Shown piece by piece: positions 7,854 to 17,111 of a stretch of DNA of 64,000 nucleotides. Numbering within the stretch: position 1 is the stretch's first letter; every line of letters begins with the position of its first letter. The notes under the pieces were generated by a model that did not search any database, had not been told where the DNA came from, and saw only the letters and a list, made by a program, of their open reading frames with translations. Made by a program: the position numbers and the translations under genes. Origin of the DNA: Myxococcota bacterium (GTDB taxonomy: Bacteria; Myxococcota_A; Polyangia; Polyangiales; Sandaracinaceae); contig JAYZQJ010000128.1 of NCBI GenBank assembly GCA_036149055.1, forward strand, positions 1-64,000. Reading direction: 5' to 3'.

Positions 7854-10127
7854 GTGATGCGCGCTTCGTACTTCGCTTCCTTCTTCATCGTCGCCTCGCT
7901 CGCCTCCACCGCCGCCGCCCAGGACGCCGACGGCGACGGAATCCCCGACGGGCGCGACCTCTGCGACCAGACGCCGGCCGGCGCGGCCATCGACCCCGCG
8001 GGCTGCGCCAGCGAGTGCGACGCGCAGGTGATCGGCGAGGACGCCTTCGCCCGGACCCTGCTGACCCAGGTCGGGCTCAACCGCCTCGGCGCGTTCGGCA
8101 CCGTCGGCCCGGCGCCGATGGGCGAGGGCTACTTCCCGCGGCCCGGCGGCGCCCGGCGCAACCTCGGCTTCGTCGCCAACCCGGAGCGCAACGGCTGGAC
8201 GAGCTACGACGGCGACTTCTTCTACCCGGGCACGCCCGAGGAGGGCTTCGGCCTCACCGTCGGCGGCGCCTCGTCGAACAACAACACGACCGGCATGACC
8301 GAGCAGATCCCGGGCGCGATCGTGAGCGCGGACTGCGTCGCCTCGGGGCTCGCGCCGGGCGGCCGCGGCGGGGCGCGCGTGATCTGGCGGGGCAACCACT
8401 CCTCCGGCCTCGAGATCGAGCAGGAGGTGGTGCTGCTGAACGAGGGGCTCTTCATCCTCTTCGAGATCCGGATCCGGAACCTCGGGGACGCCGACCTGAC
8501 CGACGTCTACTACATGCGCAACGTCGACCCCGACAACAACTCGACCGACAGCTGCGGCGCGGTCACGCGCAACACCATCGTGCGGCAGCGCCCGCCGCTC
8601 GGGACCGGCGACCGCGCGCTCGTCTCGGCCGAGCAGGACCCGATGACCTCGCCCAGCTGCACCAACCAGACCTACCTGGCGCTGGCCGCGCGGGAGCCGA
8701 CCTTCGCGGTGGTCGCGCACGGCGGCTTCTCCAACCGCTCGGCCGAGGCCATCTACAACGGCACCGCCCCGCTCACGAACACGCTGGGCGAGGTGCGCAT
8801 GGCGGACGAGGCGATCGCGCTGGCCACGCGCTTCGACATCCGCGCGGGGGCCACCGTCCGCTTCGGCTACCTCTACGTGCTCAGCGACTCCGGCGTGGAC
8901 GACGCGCTCCAGGCGCTGCTCGAGGACGCCGACGGTGACGGCGTCGCCGACGTCGACGACGTGGACGACGACGACGACGGGATCCCCGACGCGCTCGAGG
9001 TCTCGGGCTTCCCGGGCGATCCGGGGGACGACCAGGACGGCGACGGGATCCCGGACTGGCGCGACGCCGATCACGTCCCGGGCGGCTGCGCCTCGCGCGA
9101 GGTCTGCGATCCGCTCCCCGCCGCGATCGACTTCGACGGCGACGGCGTGCCCAACCACCTCGACCGGGACGCCGACGGCGACGGGCTGACGGACGCCCGC
9201 GAGTCGGGCGGCGTGGACGACGACGGCGACGGGCGGCCGGACGGCTGCGCCGCGGTCGACGCGACCGGCGCCTGCCAGACCGCGGGCGGGGCGTCGCTCC
9301 TCGTCGCGAGCGCGGCCGACACCGACGCCATGGACGGCCCGGACTTCCTGGACCTCGACGCGGACGGCGACGGGATCGACGACACGGTCGAGGCGTTCGA
9401 CGAGGACGGCGACGGCTCGCTCTCCGGCACCGAGCGCGTGGCCGCGGGCGCCGACCACGACTTCGACGGCGTGGACGACGCCTTCGACCCGGACTGCGAC
9501 GCGACCCTGTGCGACGCGGTCGGCGGCCCGGTCGTCGCGCCGCTCGCCGCGTTCCAGGACGCCGACGGCGACGGCGTGGGCGACTGGCTCGAGGGCTGCG
9601 GCGACGCCTACGTGGCCGGCGCCGAGGCCTGCGACGAGGGCGGAGCGACCGCCACCTGCTCGGCGGCCTGCCTCTTCGGGCCCGGCCAGCCCTGCGAGGA
9701 CAACGGCCAGTGCGGCTCGCTCCTCTGCGACGCCGACATGACCTGCGCGACCTGCAGCGACGGCGGCGACGGCGAGGACCCGGGCTGCGGCCCGGAGACG
9801 CCGGTCTGCGTGGAGGACGGAGGCCGCCGCTGCGCGGTCTGCGCCGACACCGGCGACGACGTCGACGAGGGCTGCGACGCCGATCGCCCGGACTGCGTCG
9901 ACGACGCCTGCCAGCCCCGCGCCCCGGGCGACGACGCCGGCCCGATGACCGACGCCGGCGCGCCCGACGGAGGCCTCGACGCCGGCGCCACCGCCGGCCG
10001 CCCCGCAGGCTCCGGCATCTCCTGCGACTGCGCGGTCGCCCGTCACCCGCGAGGCGACGACCGCCCGGCCCTCTGGCTGCTCGCGCTCCTCGGCCTCTGC
10101 GTCTGGCGCCGCTCAGTCAGCCGCTAG
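7854..10127 (+). CDS. Cell-surface protein: N-terminal globular domain, DxDxDG Ca-binding repeats, Cys-rich region, MYXO-CTERM tail
   Basis: Signal peptide AAA-Q. Many DADGDG(I/V)xD repeats. The C-terminus SCDCAVA...ALWLLALLGLCVWRR is typical of the MYXO-CTERM sorting tag. Confidence 0.85.
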   Translation: MMRASYFASFFIVASLASTAAAQDADGDGIPDGRDLCDQTPAGAAIDPAGCASECDAQVIGEDAFARTLLTQVGLNRLGAFGTVGPAPMGEGYFPRPGGARRNLGFVANPERNGWTSYDGDFFYPGTPEEGFGLTVGGASSNNNTTGMTEQIPGAIVSADCVASGLAPGGRGGARVIWRGNHSSGLEIEQEVVLLNEGLFILFEIRIRNLGDADLTDVYYMRNVDPDNNSTDSCGAVTRNTIVRQRPPLGTGDRALVSAEQDPMTSPSCTNQTYLALAAREPTFAVVAHGGFSNRSAEAIYNGTAPLTNTLGEVRMADEAIALATRFDIRAGATVRFGYLYVLSDSGVDDALQALLEDADGDGVADVDDVDDDDDGIPDALEVSGFPGDPGDDQDGDGIPDWRDADHVPGGCASREVCDPLPAAIDFDGDGVPNHLDRDADGDGLTDARESGGVDDDGDGRPDGCAAVDATGACQTAGGASLLVASAADTDAMDGPDFLDLDADGDGIDDTVEAFDEDGDGSLSGTERVAAGADHDFDGVDDAFDPDCDATLCDAVGGPVVAPLAAFQDADGDGVGDWLEGCGDAYVAGAEACDEGGATATCSAACLFGPGQPCEDNGQCGSLLCDADMTCATCSDGGDGEDPGCGPETPVCVEDGGRRCAVCADTGDDVDEGCDADRPDCVDDACQPRAPGDDAGPMTDAGAPDGGLDAGATAGRPAGSGISCDCAVARHPRGDDRPALWLLALLGLCVWRRSVSR

Positions 10128-10985
10128 AGCAGACAGGCGGGTCCGGGCGGAGGCGGCGCGGAGGTCGTCCGGGTGGGCGGCGAGGAAGGCCTCGAGGGCC
10201 CGGCGCTCGTCGCGGGCCCGGCCGAGGCGGCGCAGGGAGCGGGCGACGCCGTAGCGGGCCTGCGCGGCGAGGCTCCCTCGGGGGCGCGCGGCGAGGGCGG
10301 CCCGGTAGCTCGCGAGGGCGCGGGCCGGACGGTCGGTGTGGGTGAGCTGGAGGTCGGCGGCGGCGAGCCTCGCCGCGTAGGCCTGCTCGCTCGACGGGAA
10401 GCGGCGCGCGACCGCGAGGTAGGCGCGCTCGGCCGCGCTCCAGCGGCGGTCCCTCCGGAGCGCGTTGGCCGCGGCGAGCCCGTCGGCAGGCGTGCTCGGC
10501 TCGGAGCTGCGCGGCTCGGAGGTGCGCGGCTCGGACGTGCGCGCGCGCGGGCGGGGCGCGACCTCCTCTTCGTGCGCGACCGGCTCCGGCTCCACGGGGG
10601 TCGGCTCCACCTCGAGCGGCTGCAGCTCGGGCGGCTGCAGGTCCGTCGCGGGGCGCGGTGGCGGCGCCTCCGGGGATCGCGGTCGCGCGGTGGGCGCCTC
10701 CTCCTCCTCTGCTGGCGCCTCGCGCGACGACCACACGATCGCCGAGGCCATCGCGCCGCCGCAGACCAGCGCCGCGGCCACCAGCAGCACCGCGGCCCGG
10801 GCGCGTCGTCGCCGGGTCGCGGCAGCCTTCGGGGGCGCGGCCGCCGCCGGCTCCTCCGCGCGCGCCGCGGCGAGGATCGCCTGGGCCATCGCGCGGCGCT
10901 TGGCGGTCGACAGGGGCGCGGCCGGGCCTCCATCCTCGAGCTCGACGTGGAGGGAGCGGAAGAGCGGCTCGGGCGGCTCGGTCAT
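10113..10985 (-). CDS. Putative anti-sigma factor (single TM, Pro-rich linker, C-terminal TPR)
   Basis: Coupled (ATGA) to an ECF sigma gene. TM AAVLLVAAALVCGGAMASAIVW. TPR-like AERAYLAVARRFPSS and ALEAFLAAHP. Confidence 0.75.
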   Translation of the reverse strand: MTEPPEPLFRSLHVELEDGGPAAPLSTAKRRAMAQAILAAARAEEPAAAAPPKAAATRRRRARAAVLLVAAALVCGGAMASAIVWSSREAPAEEEEAPTARPRSPEAPPPRPATDLQPPELQPLEVEPTPVEPEPVAHEEEVAPRPRARTSEPRTSEPRSSEPSTPADGLAAANALRRDRRWSAAERAYLAVARRFPSSEQAYAARLAAADLQLTHTDRPARALASYRAALAARPRGSLAAQARYGVARSLRRLGRARDERRALEAFLAAHPDDLRAASARTRLSALAAD

Positions 10986-11572
10986 CGCGAGCCCTCCAGG
11001 TGCCGCAGCTTCTTCAGGCCGAGCCGGAGGCGGCTGCGCACCGTCTCGACCGGGGCCTCGAGCTCCTCGGCGATCTCGGGCACGGTCATGCCCGCGACGT
11101 GATGGAGCACCAGCGCCAGCCGCTGCTCGTCGGGGAGCTTCTCCAGGAGCGCGACCGCGCGGCGGTGCTCGAGGTAGGTGTCGGGGAGCCGCGAGACGTC
11201 GGCCACGAGGTCCAGGTGCGGCTCGGCCGCGCGCGGGGCCAGGCTCTCCCTCCGCCGCCGCTTTCGCACCCAGTCGAGCGTGACCCGCGTGACCACGGAG
11301 CGGAGCCAGGTGGAGAAGGCGCTCTCGCCGCGGAAGCTCGGCAGCCGACGCAGCACGGTGACGAGCGCGTCCTGGGCGATGTCGTCGACGTCGGCGTCGC
11401 CGCGCACGAGGTAGCGGACCAGGTTCCGGACCCGCGGCAGGGTGGAGACGACCAGCTCCTCCTGCGCCGTCGCGTCCCCTCCGGCGGCGGACAGCGCCAG
11501 CGCGGTCAGGGGATCGGTCGACGGCAGGGTCTGCATCGCGAGGCTCGGCAGCACGGTCACGCTCCAGGACAT
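10982..11572 (-). CDS. ECF (sigma-70 group 4) RNA polymerase sigma factor
   Basis: DVDDIAQDALV, FRGESAFSTWL, LPDEQRLALVL, EIAEELEAPVETVRSRL. Start at 11572 or 11536. Confidence 0.92.
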   Translation of the reverse strand: MSWSVTVLPSLAMQTLPSTDPLTALALSAAGGDATAQEELVVSTLPRVRNLVRYLVRGDADVDDIAQDALVTVLRRLPSFRGESAFSTWLRSVVTRVTLDWVRKRRRRESLAPRAAEPHLDLVADVSRLPDTYLEHRRAVALLEKLPDEQRLALVLHHVAGMTVPEIAEELEAPVETVRSRLRLGLKKLRHLEGSR

Positions 11573-11597
11573 CGGTGTCACGAGCGCGCCGATCGGG

Positions 11598-12581
11598 TCA
11601 CGGTAACATCCGGACCCCCAGCCCGAGCCGCGGCTGCGCGCTCCAGAGCGCCCGCTCGCCGCCCTCACCCGCGTAGGCGAACACCACGGGCGACGGCACC
11701 AGGTCGAGGGTGAACGCCAGCTCCAGCTCCACGCGATCGCCCGGGCGCCAGCGGGCCGAGAGCCGGGGCCCGAGCCGGAGCGACGCCGTCCAGGCGGGGG
11801 GCGTGGACGCGATCCCGGGCTGGAGCGGCTCGGTGCTTCGATGCACGAGCCCGACGCCGACGGACGCGCCGGCGCCGAGGTGGACGCCCTCGACCGGCTC
11901 GCCCTCCACCGACGCGTAGCCGTCGAGGCCGTGGTGGGTGAGGTGCAGGCGGGTCCGGGCGTCCTCGCTCTCGCTCGGCAGGCCGAAGCCGAGCCGCGCG
12001 CCGAAGCGCAGGAGCTCGATCTCGAGGTCGAAGGCGAGCTCGACGCCCCGCTGCCCGAACGTCGTCTGGCCGTCGACCGCGCCCCACACCCCGACCGCGA
12101 TCGCGGGCTGCACGGCCGGCGCCGGCGCCGCGGGCTCGGTCGGCGGCGCGGGCGGTGGCGGCGGTGCAGGCGGGGCCGGGCGCACGCCGAGGGTCCCGCC
12201 TTCGGCCAGCGCCAGCAGGGTCGCCCGCACGTAGAGGGCCGCCTCCTCGAGCAGCGCCGAGCGCGCGCCGCCGCGCCCCGCCGCGCGGAGGCTCCGTCGC
12301 AGGCTCGTCCGGCGCCCCGGCACCGTGACGACGACGGTGAGCTCGGGCGCGGGGCCGTCGAGGCTCGTCACCCCCTCCACGCGGAGCACGACGTCGTGCC
12401 GACCCTCGGCGTCGGCGCCGACCGAGAGCTCCACGTCCACGTCGCTCAGCTGACCGCGCAGCCGCTCGAGGAGCGGGTCGAGATCTCCGCCGTCGACGAT
12501 CCTCACCCGGAGCGCGTGGGGCTGCGCGTGCGCGGGCGACGCGCTCAGCAGGATCAGACACGCGAGGGCGCCCCGGGCCAT
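11598..12581 (-). CDS. Exported protein with C-terminal beta-barrel-like region
   Basis: Signal peptide MARGALACLILLSASPAHA-Q. Pro-rich linker, then alternating-hydrophobic strands ending RLGLGVRMLP. Confidence 0.7.
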   Translation of the reverse strand: MARGALACLILLSASPAHAQPHALRVRIVDGGDLDPLLERLRGQLSDVDVELSVGADAEGRHDVVLRVEGVTSLDGPAPELTVVVTVPGRRTSLRRSLRAAGRGGARSALLEEAALYVRATLLALAEGGTLGVRPAPPAPPPPPAPPTEPAAPAPAVQPAIAVGVWGAVDGQTTFGQRGVELAFDLEIELLRFGARLGFGLPSESEDARTRLHLTHHGLDGYASVEGEPVEGVHLGAGASVGVGLVHRSTEPLQPGIASTPPAWTASLRLGPRLSARWRPGDRVELELAFTLDLVPSPVVFAYAGEGGERALWSAQPRLGLGVRMLP

Positions 12582-12664
12582 GCGGCGAGGGTGTCGAGGA
12601 AGGCGCTCGGGGAGCAAGTCGGAATTCCGTGACCCGGTCTCACGAGTCGCGACACTCACGGGAC

Positions 12665-14050
12665 ATGTACACCGAGCGCGCACCCCTCCTCGCCGCGATC
12701 ACCGCGGCCGTCCTCCTCACGGCCTGCGGCGGCACCGACGTGGTCGCGACCGCCGACGGGAGCGTCCCGTCGCCCACCGACGGGAGCGTGACCCCCACCG
12801 ACGCGACCCCCACGCCCAGCGAGCCGCGCGAGGCCTACTGCTCCGGGACGGGGCCCGCGCTCACCCTGCCGAGCCCCTCGGGGACGCTGTGCGCGGGCGA
12901 GGTGGCCGAGCGGATCTTCCGCTACGCGGTGTGCGCCTGCGAGTCGTTCGAGCCGACGGGGGACTTCCGGACCGACTCGTTCGACAGCGACGGCGGCGGC
13001 ATGACGGTGGACTCGGGCGGGCCGGTGGGCACGAACGGGAGCTTCGGCAGCTCGAGCTCGACCCTGGACATCGGCGGCACGCTAACCTCGGCCGGGCCGA
13101 CCGTCCGCCTCACCGGGACGGGCTCCCGCATCGGCGGCGACCTCCGCGCGGCGGGCGACGTGTCGATCACGGGCTCGGGCACGGTGGCGCGCGACGCGGT
13201 CGTGGCCGGTGACTTCGCCGGGATCGGCGACGTGCGCGTCGCGCGGGATCTCCACCAGCCCGCGGGCGCCAGCATGTCGGGGGTGACCGTCGGCGGCGCG
13301 ACCGTCGAGGCGCCGGTCGAGATCGCGCCGCCCTGTCAGTGCGGAGACGACGTGCTCGACATCGACGCCATCGTCGCCGCGGCCCGGACCGACAACCACA
13401 ACGCCGACGTGGACCTCGCGGCCGACGCCTACACGGACCTGGTCAGCACGAACGTCATCGAGCTCCCCTGCGGGCGCTTCTACCTCGACGGCATCGGCGG
13501 GGCGGGCGACCTGACCCTCCAGGTGAACGGCCGCACCGCGCTCTACATCGGCGGTGACCTGAGGGTGTCCGGGAGCCTGAACGTGGAGCTCGGCCCGGAG
13601 GGAGAGCTCGACGTCTTCGTCGCCGGCACCCTCGACGGCACCGGCTCGATGAGCTTCGGCGATCCGATGCGCCCCGCGGCGACCCGCGTCTACGTCGGCG
13701 GGAGCGGCGAGGTCTCGCTACAGGGCGGCTCCGCCTTCGTGGGCAACCTCTACGCGCCGCGCGCGCCGATCTCGATCGCCGGTTCGAGCGACATCTACGG
13801 CTCGGTGTTCGGCCGCCGCATCGACTCCGCCGGCTCGCTCGGCGTGCACTACGACCGCGCCATCCTCGAGGTCGGCGAGGACTGCCCCGACACCCCGCCG
13901 CCGACCTGCGACACCTGTGGCGACTGCCCCGGCGGCTACACCTGCGGCGAGGACGGCGCCTGCGGCACCCGCTGCGAGAGCGACGCCGACTGCTGCGACC
14001 CGCTCACCTGCGACGAGCCCACCGGCGTCTGCACGTCGATCCTGATCTAG
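12665..14050 (+). CDS. Lipoprotein with Gly-rich beta-solenoid-like region and Cys-rich C-terminus
   Basis: Lipobox LLTAC. FVGNLYAPRA...IYGSVFG...VHYDRA. Terminal Cys cluster. Confidence 0.8.
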   Translation: MYTERAPLLAAITAAVLLTACGGTDVVATADGSVPSPTDGSVTPTDATPTPSEPREAYCSGTGPALTLPSPSGTLCAGEVAERIFRYAVCACESFEPTGDFRTDSFDSDGGGMTVDSGGPVGTNGSFGSSSSTLDIGGTLTSAGPTVRLTGTGSRIGGDLRAAGDVSITGSGTVARDAVVAGDFAGIGDVRVARDLHQPAGASMSGVTVGGATVEAPVEIAPPCQCGDDVLDIDAIVAAARTDNHNADVDLAADAYTDLVSTNVIELPCGRFYLDGIGGAGDLTLQVNGRTALYIGGDLRVSGSLNVELGPEGELDVFVAGTLDGTGSMSFGDPMRPAATRVYVGGSGEVSLQGGSAFVGNLYAPRAPISIAGSSDIYGSVFGRRIDSAGSLGVHYDRAILEVGEDCPDTPPPTCDTCGDCPGGYTCGEDGACGTRCESDADCCDPLTCDEPTGVCTSILI

Positions 14051-14060
14051 CCGCGCGCTG

Positions 14061-15137
14061 CTAGGGCACCGCCCGCGAGACTTCGAAGAGGCCCGACTCG
14101 CTGTACGCCTCCCAGCACACGACCGGGAGGCCGTCCGAGCCGCCGGTGAGGTGCGGTAGGGTGCCTCCACCAGACACGGCTCCGACCGGCGAGATCGCCC
14201 AGACGTCGCCTTCGAGCCGCGCCGTCGAGATGTGGTCCTCGCGCCAGGCGATGAACACCTCGCCGCGGTTCGACACCCAGGGCACGACCCAGCGCGCCCT
14301 ACGAGTCGGGAGGGGGCTGTCCACCAGCACGAATCCCGCGTCCGCGTCCCGGTGACGCGCGACCAGGATCTCCTGCAGGTCCAAGCCCCGACTCCAGGCC
14401 ACGTAGACCGCGTCGGGCCCTACGGCGATCCCTGGATGATCGACCTCGTCGGAGCCGAAGACGCCGAGGTGGCGCCAGGTGCCGTCCGCCCGCAGCTCGA
14501 AGGCCGAGAGACCGCCGAGGACCACGACTCGCCCGTCGCACGCCACGCCGAGGGGCCGCGAGGTCGGAGGCGGGACGTCTGGGAGGGGCTCGCCGAGCGG
14601 CTCCCATCGCCCTCCATTCAGCTCGTACAGCTGCGCGGTCTCGTCTCTGCGGCCCACGGCCACCGGCCACCCACGTGGTCCGTCCTCGAGGGCCATCAGC
14701 TCGACCCCCTCACCCGGTGCGGCGAGCTCGGTCCACGTCTCGTCGGCGACGCGGAACATGGCGCCGCCCAGGAGCAGCACGTAGAGGGCGCGGTGGGTCG
14801 AGGCGATCCCCACGGGCACGGAGACGGGTCCGTCGATCGGCGGCGCGACCGGCTCCCACCGCCGGTCCACCAGACGCGAGAGAGAGGTGCGCTCACGCGA
14901 GCCGGGAGTCCCGTCCGCTACGTAGTGCATCCCAGCGACGAAGAGGGTGCCGTCGCGACCGACGTACGCGCGACAGCCGTGAGAGGAGAGCCCGGGGACC
15001 TCGGGACCCGGGATCGCCGGGAACCGAAGCGGCGGCGTCTCTCCGACCTCACAGGTACGCGCGGGCGGCGGCTGCTCCACCGACTCGGCGCACCCGCCGA
15101 GCGCGAGCCACCCCACGATCAGCCACCCCCAGCGCAT
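14061..15137 (-). CDS. Hypothetical lipoprotein (beta-propeller-like, W-containing repeats)
   Basis: MRWGWLIVGWLALGGC lipobox. Repeats such as RRWEPV, ETWTEL, GRWEPL and GTWRHL. Confidence 0.65.
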   Translation of the reverse strand: MRWGWLIVGWLALGGCAESVEQPPPARTCEVGETPPLRFPAIPGPEVPGLSSHGCRAYVGRDGTLFVAGMHYVADGTPGSRERTSLSRLVDRRWEPVAPPIDGPVSVPVGIASTHRALYVLLLGGAMFRVADETWTELAAPGEGVELMALEDGPRGWPVAVGRRDETAQLYELNGGRWEPLGEPLPDVPPPTSRPLGVACDGRVVVLGGLSAFELRADGTWRHLGVFGSDEVDHPGIAVGPDAVYVAWSRGLDLQEILVARHRDADAGFVLVDSPLPTRRARWVVPWVSNRGEVFIAWREDHISTARLEGDVWAISPVGAVSGGGTLPHLTGGSDGLPVVCWEAYSESGLFEVSRAVP

Positions 15138-15168
15138 GACCACACGATCGTAGCATATCCATCGAAGT

Positions 15169-16431
15169 TCACGGGGCGAGCAGATCGATCGCCTCGCGGC
15201 AGGCGGCGCTCGTCTCGTAGACGCCGGTGGGCGCGAACTCGGCCGACCAGTTCTCGCCCCAGGTGCCGCGGATGCGCAGGGTGTGCTCCGCCCGAGCCTC
15301 GACGCCGGCGAACCAGCGCATGGTGTCGACGCACGCGGCCTCGGGATCGAACGCCGGATCGTCCTCGTCGCACGGCGGCACCATGCCGGGCGACGAGGGG
15401 AGCGACGCGCCGTAGTCGCCGACGTCGGGGTCGCTGAACCGGCACGCCTGCCGGGTGAAGTTGCCCACCGTCTGACAGCCGATGCTCGCGCCGTCCGCGT
15501 TCGCCTCCTCGAGCAGCCCGAGGACGCCGTAGGTCTCGGGCCCCGTGCCGGTGCCCGCCCAGAAGCGCTCGGCGCAGTTCCAGATGGCCACGCCGGTGCG
15601 CCGCAGACCGTAGGTGTCACGGCTGTAGCGGTAGAGATCGAGCGGCGTCTCGCAGTCGGGGCTCTCGCCCGACCAGATGCAGTGACCGGCCTCGAACACC
15701 ACCGGGACGTCGAAGGCCTGCTGGTGGATGTCCATCACCCGGCGGTATGCGCCCCGGAAGACGTCGTCGCCGGGGTACGGGAAGTCGGAGCGCTCGACCC
15801 GGAAGTGCAGCTCCGCGCCGTTGGTCATGGTGGTGGTCGTGAAGTAGACGGCCTCGAGCGCGGCGTGGTCGCGGACGCGGGGGCCGATCACGTCGACGAG
15901 CGCGGCGCGCAGATCCGCCTGGTAGCTCGGATCCCATGGCAGGCAGAGGCGCCCGCCGAAGCGCGTGGTGGACAGCTCGTAGGTCTCGCAGCGCGCGAGC
16001 CACGCGTCGGGCAGGTTGGTCCCCTGGTTGATCACCACGAGCGCGCGATGCCCGCGCGCGGTGACCGCGTCCAGGTTGGCGGCGATGGTGTCGGCGAGCG
16101 CGTCGATGTCGTCGCCGCAGAGGTCCATCGAGAACTTGAGGAGCGGGCCGTCCGGCGACTGCCAGCGCGCGAGCCCGCCGCACTCGCGCACCGCCGCGGT
16201 GGACTCGAAGCGGCCGCGGATCACCTCGGGCGTGGCCGTGCCCGCGTCGGGCGTGGTCGTACCCGCGTCGTCCGACCCCGCGTCACGCTCGCTCGCGCCC
16301 CCGTCTTCGCCCGGAGGCGTGGCCGCGTCGATCGGAGGCGGGCCGCCGTCGGTGGGGGACTCGGAGTCGCAGGCGGCGACGACGAGCAGCGCGAGGAGCG
16401 GGAGCAGGGTGCGGGACGTCTCGGTGTTCAT
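15169..16431 (-). CDS. Hypothetical lipoprotein, possibly glycoside-hydrolase-like TIM barrel
   Basis: Lipobox VVAAC and DAG linker. QGTNLPDAWL...LPWDPSYQ...HAALEAVY resembles GH42-type N-terminal segments. Confidence 0.7.
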   Translation of the reverse strand: MNTETSRTLLPLLALLVVAACDSESPTDGGPPPIDAATPPGEDGGASERDAGSDDAGTTTPDAGTATPEVIRGRFESTAAVRECGGLARWQSPDGPLLKFSMDLCGDDIDALADTIAANLDAVTARGHRALVVINQGTNLPDAWLARCETYELSTTRFGGRLCLPWDPSYQADLRAALVDVIGPRVRDHAALEAVYFTTTTMTNGAELHFRVERSDFPYPGDDVFRGAYRRVMDIHQQAFDVPVVFEAGHCIWSGESPDCETPLDLYRYSRDTYGLRRTGVAIWNCAERFWAGTGTGPETYGVLGLLEEANADGASIGCQTVGNFTRQACRFSDPDVGDYGASLPSSPGMVPPCDEDDPAFDPEAACVDTMRWFAGVEARAEHTLRIRGTWGENWSAEFAPTGVYETSAACREAIDLLAP

Positions 16432-16447
16432 GGGGGCCTGCGCTAGG

Positions 16448-17056
16448 TCACTCGTACCGGATGACGAACTCGGTCGAGGTCTCGGCGACCGAGGGGGGAT
16501 CGATGCGGACGCGCTTGCCGCCCGCGAGCTCGGCGGCCGCGCGGAAGGCGCCGCGGAACCCGATGGCCACCGACTCCTCGTGCAGGTGCGGCGGGTACTG
16601 CGTCTGCAGGTGCACGTAGCCGGGGCGGCGGTCGAGCACCTCGATCGACGTGCCGCGCCGCATGCGCGCCCAGCGGCCACCGATGTGCCGGAAGAGCCGG
16701 TCCGGGGACACGAGCAGGAAGACCGCGCGGTAGAGGCGGTTGGAGAGCAGCCGCTTGTTGCGCTCGTAGGACCAGCTCTCGTACGCGCCGTCGCCCACGC
16801 CGGGCGCGAAGAAGTGATCTCGGATCGCGAGCAGGTAGACCATCGCCGCGGCCTCGGGGATCCAGGCGGAGACCGGCGGCGGGTTCCGCGCGAGGTCGAC
16901 CACCGCCGGGGGCAGCTCGCTCAGCAGCTCGTCCGGGAGCGGGTTCTCGTCCATGTGGTTGACGAAGACCGCCGCCTTCAGCTGGCACTCCGGATACGAC
17001 GCGGGCCCGTCCGGGAGACGCTCGAGGTAGGCCTGAACCGAGGGGAACGCGGACAC
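16448..17056 (-). CDS. Myxobacterial DUF2378/4VR-like protein
   Basis: PPVSAWIPE...SPDRLFRHIGGRW...GFRGAFRAAAELAGGK...EFVIRY pattern. GTG start preceded by TATACT-N7. Confidence 0.65.
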   Translation of the reverse strand: MSAFPSVQAYLERLPDGPASYPECQLKAAVFVNHMDENPLPDELLSELPPAVVDLARNPPPVSAWIPEAAAMVYLLAIRDHFFAPGVGDGAYESWSYERNKRLLSNRLYRAVFLLVSPDRLFRHIGGRWARMRRGTSIEVLDRRPGYVHLQTQYPPHLHEESVAIGFRGAFRAAAELAGGKRVRIDPPSVAETSTEFVIRYE

Positions 17057-17111
17057 GTACGGAAGTATACGGCGGTAAGGCGAAGGCTCGAATGGGCGCT
17101 AGGCTCGCTCG

